Assembly (NCBI GenBank): GCA_964035545.1 | Contig: OZ037773.1 | Coordinates: 7,841,751 to 7,905,750, forward strand | Direction of reading: 5' to 3' | DNA length: 64,000 nt | Origin: Bugula neritina | Taxonomy: Eukaryota > Animalia > Bryozoa | In this document: piece by piece, positions 56,981-64,000 of the stretch | Position numbering within the stretch: the first letter of the stretch is position 1 | Layout of the letters: the number at the start of each line of letters is the position of its first letter | Made by a program: the position numbers and the translations under genes | Notes under the pieces: generated by a model | What the model was told of the DNA's origin: nothing | Databases searched by the model: none | What the model saw: only the letters and a program-made list of their open reading frames with translations

Positions 56981-58024
56981 ATTTTATTATATATATATAT
57001 ATTTTTTTTTTATTATTATATAAAATATTTTTATCAAGTTAATAATTGTTTACCTTATTTAAAATTTGGACACAAGGCCAATTATATAATTGCATCATTT
57101 CACAGTCCACTTTCTTTAAAGTCAAATGTAATTATATAAAATAAAAAAGTAAAGCATTAAGAGAGAAAAGAGACAGTGCAAGAAATTGCCCATCAGGCAA
57201 GCAATGTTCTATATTTTCAAATTGTTGAAAAAAGTGTTTACTTTAATTCGCTGAGCACTAAAATGTTTTAATGGTGATGCCAGCCAGGCCTATTGAATTT
57301 TAAAGAGCTTGAAGTAACACTAGTAATTATTTTAGCCATGAAAATAATAGCATTGCAAAATTCATACATTAAATGCTGTTGGTTCATATTTGACTACCCA
57401 AGCTGAGTCTTCTAGCTGCATGAGTATCTCCCTGTACATTCATACAGGCTTTAGCTTTATAATAGCTTCTTTGTGACTTTATTTTACAAGAAAGAAAGTT
57501 TAGGCAAGTATGTTTATTTGTATAAAACTAAAAAAATGCAAAAACAATTTTGTAGTGACATATTGTTGTTCATACATGTAATTATCAGCTTTTCTCTTGT
57601 GCTTATGTAATTGAGTTTATAAACTATAGAGCTTATAGCAGTAGCATATTATACCTATTATAGTTAGAATCAGAAATGAATAATTCAAGGATGGGCAACT
57701 CCAAGGGCTCACTTAAAATTTGAATTGTTCGTGAGTAACATCTCATATATAACTTATATCTCAACTGCATTTTAGCAATAATTAGCACCATATAGCATTA
57801 AATATTAAGTTTAACTTATATAGTTTGCTGAGAGTTGAAAACAAAAAACATATCATTTTAGCTTTCGGAAACATTAAACAATATTAGATTAGATTCATGG
57901 CAAGGTATATGATAAAAGTTAAAATGCGATAATATGTTCAATATCAATAGAATTATAAACCAATTATGATACACTTCAACTCAAGGAGCTTATGGCATAA
58001 GGAGGTAGGAGATAGTGTCCTTTA

Positions 58025-60377
58025 TCATTCAACACCAGGATGATTAGCGCCAGAATCATCAACACGAGCGTCAACACGAGCGTCAACACGAATATCAACA
58101 CGGATAAGAACTCTTATCCTGATTCTAATCCTGGGCCATCTTATACGTCTTTTCACAATCTCTACAAAGAATCTCACATAGTTATGCAGGCTGTCAAAAT
58201 ACTGGAACAAAATAGAATATTAAAATATGTGTGTTGTTACAAACTTTATTGCACAGTGATGTGATGCATAATAAGGGTCAACATCTATATATGCTTTAAG
58301 AAACTGATTTGTTTGTTTACAATGTTTTCGATTATAGTTTTTCAAACAAATAAAGGATAAGAAAGAAATAATCCAGTTACAGCTTTTTGTAAAGCAATTT
58401 CCCATTTTATTTTGCACAACAAAACACCAAGTATAGTCTGAGTACAATACAAGTTTGTGTTCATTTAAAGCTCACTCATACGTACGTAATTTCTTATGCT
58501 AGAATTTCTTATCAGTTCTTGAGAAGAAAACCTCAAAATTTATTGTGCATATTTCAGTAAAAAAATGTTTTATAATTTCAGCTACTTTACTAAAAAATGT
58601 GCAACTTCAACTCAACTTAGTATGAATAGAGTGCTGAATTTACCACGTGATAAATTCTATTCTTAAACAAAATGCATATAAGATTTCTTTGACACGTGCA
58701 GTATACCACAATAACTTTAGAGAACAAATTATGTATGCCACATAACTTTATAATACTAAATAAGGAAAGAACTTCTTACCATGACCAGAGTTTGCTGTCC
58801 GCTGACCAATAGTTATCCACTGATAGCCATTGAAGCAGAAGGACTCGGCCTCAGCTGATATGAAACTGGTATCAGAGACCTTCCCAGGATGCAGTCACAG
58901 AGGTGAGGTGAGAATCTGCTGTCACTTTGACCTGCTGACCTTTGAAATGCCTTCTGAGTAGTTGACTATCGGCAGCAGAGAGTGTAGACGGTAGGAGGTA
59001 GCAGATACCAGTGGTAGTGTCTTTGGTTATGTGTAGTCCCTAAACATATATTATATAGAGGTATAAATACTAGCATTGTTTAATTACTTCCTATGAGAGT
59101 GAAGCATACCAATACAAATCTTTTTTAAAAAATATTTTTGCCTTTTTGGATGTTTTCAATTAACAAATATATTATTAAAATCACAGAACATTATTTATTT
59201 TTTTGATAAAAAGCTTCCATGCAATTTTAACAAAATACCTAAAAATTATATTTTTTAAAACCTGAATTTTACAGTATGTGTCAGGCACAGTATATGTATG
59301 CATATGCTAATCTACTAAATGATTAAATTTGTTTTTTAATACTTGTAAATTAAAATTTTGATTCCTTTATTATGTTTCTTTACAATAAAAAGTAGGCACT
59401 ACATTTACGAAACATATTTCCTTAGAATATTTTTCACAAATGATGCAAAAAAATTATTTTGGCATAAATTCAATGACATCATTTTATTATAACTCTAAAG
59501 TTATAATAAAACAAATGAGATGTAGGTAAATGATTATAGCCATGCATAGTATTTAATAACGTGAAATTATTTTATCCATGCAGATGCCTAGTCTGAATTA
59601 CTCAGTCCTTGAGTAATGATAAATTTACCTTTCCATAATCTTCCAGATCAAAACCTCCATCTTTAGTAGTTAAAACCGCAACATTTTCTTTACTGTTGTA
59701 TGCAAGCTGTACATCAGGTTTGTTGGCCTGCAATTACGAAACTGTTAGGTTTTAGAAAAATAAATTGCTAGATTGGAATAATTCATAAACATTGATCAGC
59801 CTAAAACTGAAAGTGTATATATAATACAATGACGAATTTATATGATATAACATAAAATACATATAACATGGCATGCAGTATAATGACATAATATAAAATG
59901 TATCTAATATAATGACTAAACCAAGAATTTATAATAAAAGTATTATGCTAACAACTATGGGAGCAGCCATGGTCTAGGGGTTAGAGCATCCAGTCATAAT
60001 TACTCCTGTGCCACATCTGAATAAGTCCTTAGCCCGTTTTAACAAAAAACCCTTTCATCAGGGTTTCTCACAGGGATAGTAACTATAAACTTGCGTGAGT
60101 TTATTATAGGCTAACAACTAGAACAGTAATTTAAACAACAATTAAATGCTGTAGACTGGTCAGGAGAATTAGCTTAAATTTGTATGATTTTACTCACCAC
60201 ATGAATTGTCTCCCCATAGTCTGGAGGTCCTGTCAGTTTCTGAGTACAACCAGCTATAGGATTTAAGGCTGTGTATATAATGACACCTACAGTAGCTGTC
60301 AGTAGAACTGCCAGTACGAGAGTAATCATAGCAAGCACCTGCCATCTGCCTGTCACTTTAGATTTATATTCTTCATG
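58025..60377 (-). CDS. BRICHOS-domain-like type II membrane precursor with C-terminal Arg-rich peptide; frameshifted at ~58895 in this assembly, start codon unresolved
   Basis: Exons 60377-60198 (TM VLAMITLVLAVLLTATVGVIIYTAL), 59727-59629 (..EDYGK), 59039-58780 (GLHITKDTTTGICYL ... KVSDTSFISAEAESFC..W), 58161-58025 (EIVKR-RIRWPRIRIRIRV...). The Asp/Cys/Cys pattern fits BRICHOS. Confidence 0.65.
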
Positions 60378-63300
60378 CTAAATCAACATAATTGTTTTTA
60401 AACTATAGCTAAGTCCTCAACTGCAGCAAGATGTATTCAAAACTATAGTTTTAGTATACTAATTGCAGTGCCAATGTAAAAGCTTCTTTAGTCTGGTAGA
60501 TGTTTTTATACCGTAGGCAACTCCTTGTACAACTGTACTAAAATTTATATAAATAAAAACATATTTAAATTTTGAAATATAATAACTTTATTTATAAACC
60601 ACACATCTCTACCACTAGTATAGTTTGGTTTGATGTTTGTTTGAGCTATCTTATTCAATAATTAAAATGGGTCTGGTTTGATGGTTCTATATGTAGCAAC
60701 TCTAGATTAAAGCTTTTGTGTTGCTAGTTCGGGAGTTACCTCCCTAAGAATAAAATTGCACATTTTTTTGTAGTATATAGACTTTATATGTGCAATCTAT
60801 CTAATGATACTATATATAAAGAAAAAAATTTGCGCCAATAATAAAAGTCGTTACAATAATAAAACCAAACAGATGTTAATAACAAAAACCTGTGATTGTT
60901 TGCTGTGCTTGTTATTCTGATAACCAATGTACAAAGTCATAGAATAATACTAATAAATACTACTATTTTAAAATAATTTTTAAATTAATAAGGCTCAAAT
61001 AGATTAGAAAGTTTAAAAACAAAAATTCCTAGTTTCTTCAAATTTCAAGCATGAAATTTTTGTAGCTTTGTTCAAATTCTCAATAATCCTTGTATAGTGA
61101 CCTTGAAAATATTATTTTACAAAAATTAGTCAAATATAATACAATTGGAATATTGTAATTCCTATTTTTCAGAAATATTATTTAATGTTAGGTTACTTAC
61201 TTTACTGCAGCTGTTTAGCTGTTTTATGGTTTCCTGATATCTACTATTGTGCAATCAAATCTGAAGAATACTGTGGGTGCTGTTAAAAATTCTACTTATT
61301 TTATAGTTGTTATTTTGGCAAAGTTTCAAAGATCTTGATGACTTTAAAGATAACTGACAGATTCAATAGATGGTGCAAAGCTCAGCCAATCAGGGATGTT
61401 TACCAACTTTAAAATCACGCCATTATAACTTTTATGAACATCTCCAAGCTCAATTAAAAAAGAGCATGCTTGTAAAAATAGTTGCACACCTTTTGCTACC
61501 GTGCATTATTTCATTTCATATCTTATATTTATGAGTTTTGAAATAATCTTTTTTTCAAAGTCTCTACATTAAATGTTACAAAATTATTATTAAAATTTGC
61601 ATGTCTGCCAAAAGAATAGCTGCATGATAGAATTTCACCACAGCTCCAGCTGTTGCTGCATAACATTCTTTATAGTTTTATGGTGAATGAGTTGGTTTCC
61701 TGACAGTTGAGACCTGGAGAGAACTAAAGTTTTCGTCTGACTCTAATTGGCTAAATTTCACATGACTTGATATTTGCATCTAATGTGCTTGACAGTTTAT
61801 GATTATGATATAGGGTTACTGGGTAGTTAAAAAGAACTAGTATTGTAAACATATATTATTACAACACTTATAGGCTGTGGTACAATTGTAGTATGTATAG
61901 CTGGCATATTCCAGGGTTGCCTATATGTGCATAGATGGTGTTCACTGTATTTGACTATTTATATGTTTTGCTCAATACAAAGCATTATTTAACTTGAAAA
62001 TATTCAGCCCGTATGGTAACTTTAAATACATGGCAACCAACCATTAGATTTGATAATAGTTTCATGAATTTGCCTAATGGAACTATGGAACCTGCATGCT
62101 ATAAAGAAAAGGCTAACCCTGAACTATTAGCTAAAAATCATAACAGAGGCATTGTATTTCAAGACTTTAGCAGCTTACAACAATGCATGTCACTAACTAA
62201 ACATTATCTATTAACTGCCATCTTGTTTTGCCTAAACTTATTGCCAAAAATCAATGAGGCAAGCTCATCGAAGCACTAAAACTTGTATATGAGTTAGATT
62301 GGTGTATAGTATGTATATATTGTATTGTTTACTAGTTAATTATATTCCTAATATTGAAGTTGAATTGGTGTATCATTTATAACAATTTTTACATAAAAAT
62401 GCATGTAGTAAAAATTTTAGCATACCTTTGCAATATCTCTAATGTTTAAACTTACAGCAAAAAGTTGATTTGACTGAATTCATTTTAAGTTGGACATGCT
62501 ACTCAACATGTTAAATTGATAATTATAACTATCATTGGTGTCATCAAAAAGCCTATATTAAACTATAGTGATATAGTATATCTGCAAATCATAATGCATA
62601 TTCATTGATTATAGATTAACATTAATTTTTATCTACAACAATATTGCTAATCTAGACCATAGGTTTCTTTGTCTCTCTATTACTGCACACGCTTCACGCT
62701 CTCACAATTTTGATGGATAGGTCATACCAACATTTTTTGTTGTGTGGAAAGCTTTGGGTACAACTGTTAGACAGTATAAATGAAAGTATTAGACAGTAAT
62801 CCAGTGCATTTCAAATATTATGCTAAAAAGTTTTTTCAATATTTTGTCAATGTGTGCAAGGTTCTTTTGGAGTTTATAATTGATAGAGGCTTAAAAATAT
62901 TTCAAGCAGTCTAATCAGATATTTACATTTTAATAAGTGTTTGTTGCTCAACCCTATGAGGAAATGACAATAACCAGACCACCCCATTGAGTAGACAGAA
63001 GTGGTAGCCACATGGAAGTGCAAATAGCTGCTAAATCTGTTAAGCAGTTGGTTATCTCTGGTCAACTAACAAAATGCTAAATAGGTAACTTAGTGCAATA
63101 TTGGTTAAACTCATGTTGTTCTCTGTTATACTGTGAGAACCTACATGTTTATGATAACTTTAACATTTGTAAAAGTTTATATTTTGTTAAAAGAAGGTTG
63201 ATCGGGTGCACTGACACATGAAGCCTTTGTCTAACACTTTCAACAAATCTCATAAGTGTTGATGTATAATACAAAGAGAAATCTGAAATGTGTAACATTC

Positions 63301-64000
63301 TTAGTTTCTTAAAGCTCCATTTGTAAGCTTGTAAGCTCCAAAAGTTTTTCACTTTTCTTTTATACTAAAGTTTAAGCTGATTTGTTTATATAGTTGATTA
63401 CGGGCTTGTCGATACAGAATTAAGCTTTAAGAAAGTTTATTCAAAGTACTAAAAAATTTGAATATATATAAATGAAGTAAACAATTTTCTACATTGCATC
63501 ATACTTCAGAAAACGTTACCATCTAAGAACTTTAAGTGTCGCGGCATATGTTTGCTAGCAATCAGATCTTTAATAAACTGAAACATGCAAATTTATGTAC
63601 AATTTGCACTGCCAAACCTGTTGATGTATGTCCTAGCAATTATACTATTAGATATTAGGTAAATGTAGCTGTACTGAATTAGTTATGCTTATTTAATTTT
63701 GCTCAAAGCAACTGTTGGATTATTATAGTTAATGGAAGCATAATTAATTACTAAGAATGTAGCAATATGATATCATGAAAAGTAATTATTGTTTACTAAG
63801 ATAGCATAATATATATTTTCAGTGCTATCATCTCCTATAGCAACAATTTGCACAGAGTTTGCATTTCTTATTTCTTATTTAGATGATATAGATATAATAA
63901 ATAAAAGTTTACATCGTATATAACTCTAGTTTATATGCATTTTGTAACAAGGAAAAGTCAAGAGAGTTAAAAATGTATAAAACATAAAAATTTACTTGCT

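Noticed and set aside
59960-60000. tRNA-like A-box (tggtctaggggttagagc)
   Set aside because: No B-box or cloverleaf; at most a decayed SINE fragment.
60600-64000. Short ORFs at 62013, 62874 and 63149
   Set aside because: No recognisable motifs or consistent exon structure; treated as non-coding.

Overview
AT-rich, intron-containing animal (invertebrate-like) genomic DNA; the species cannot be named from sequence alone. Genes, from hand-spliced exon models: (1) the 3' end of a probable DTL/Cdt2 (+); (2) a type I membrane protein with an NHL-like beta-propeller (-); (3) PIP5K1 (-), whose introns are full of minisatellites; (4) two copies of an orphan ~810-aa protein with an N-terminal membrane anchor, TQT-type motifs and C-terminal SxIP motifs, inside a ~6.4-kb segmental duplication (-); (5) an NHL-like pseudogene (+); (6) a single-domain PLB1-like GDSL lipase (+); (7) a BRICHOS-like precursor ending in an Arg-rich, (R-V-D-x)n peptide, with a frameshift in this assembly (-). 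Mobile DNA: a young Gmr1-like LTR retrotransposon with apparently identical LTRs, an intact Gag-PR-IN ORF and no RT; a tandem 272-bp repeat carrying minimal hammerhead ribozymes; two degenerate TIR elements; a TAA-TSD MITE; a foldback element. Best novelty candidates: the BRICHOS cargo peptide, the hammerhead repeat, the RT-less LTR element and the anchored TQT/SxIP protein. No searches were run; family assignments rest on recognised motifs.
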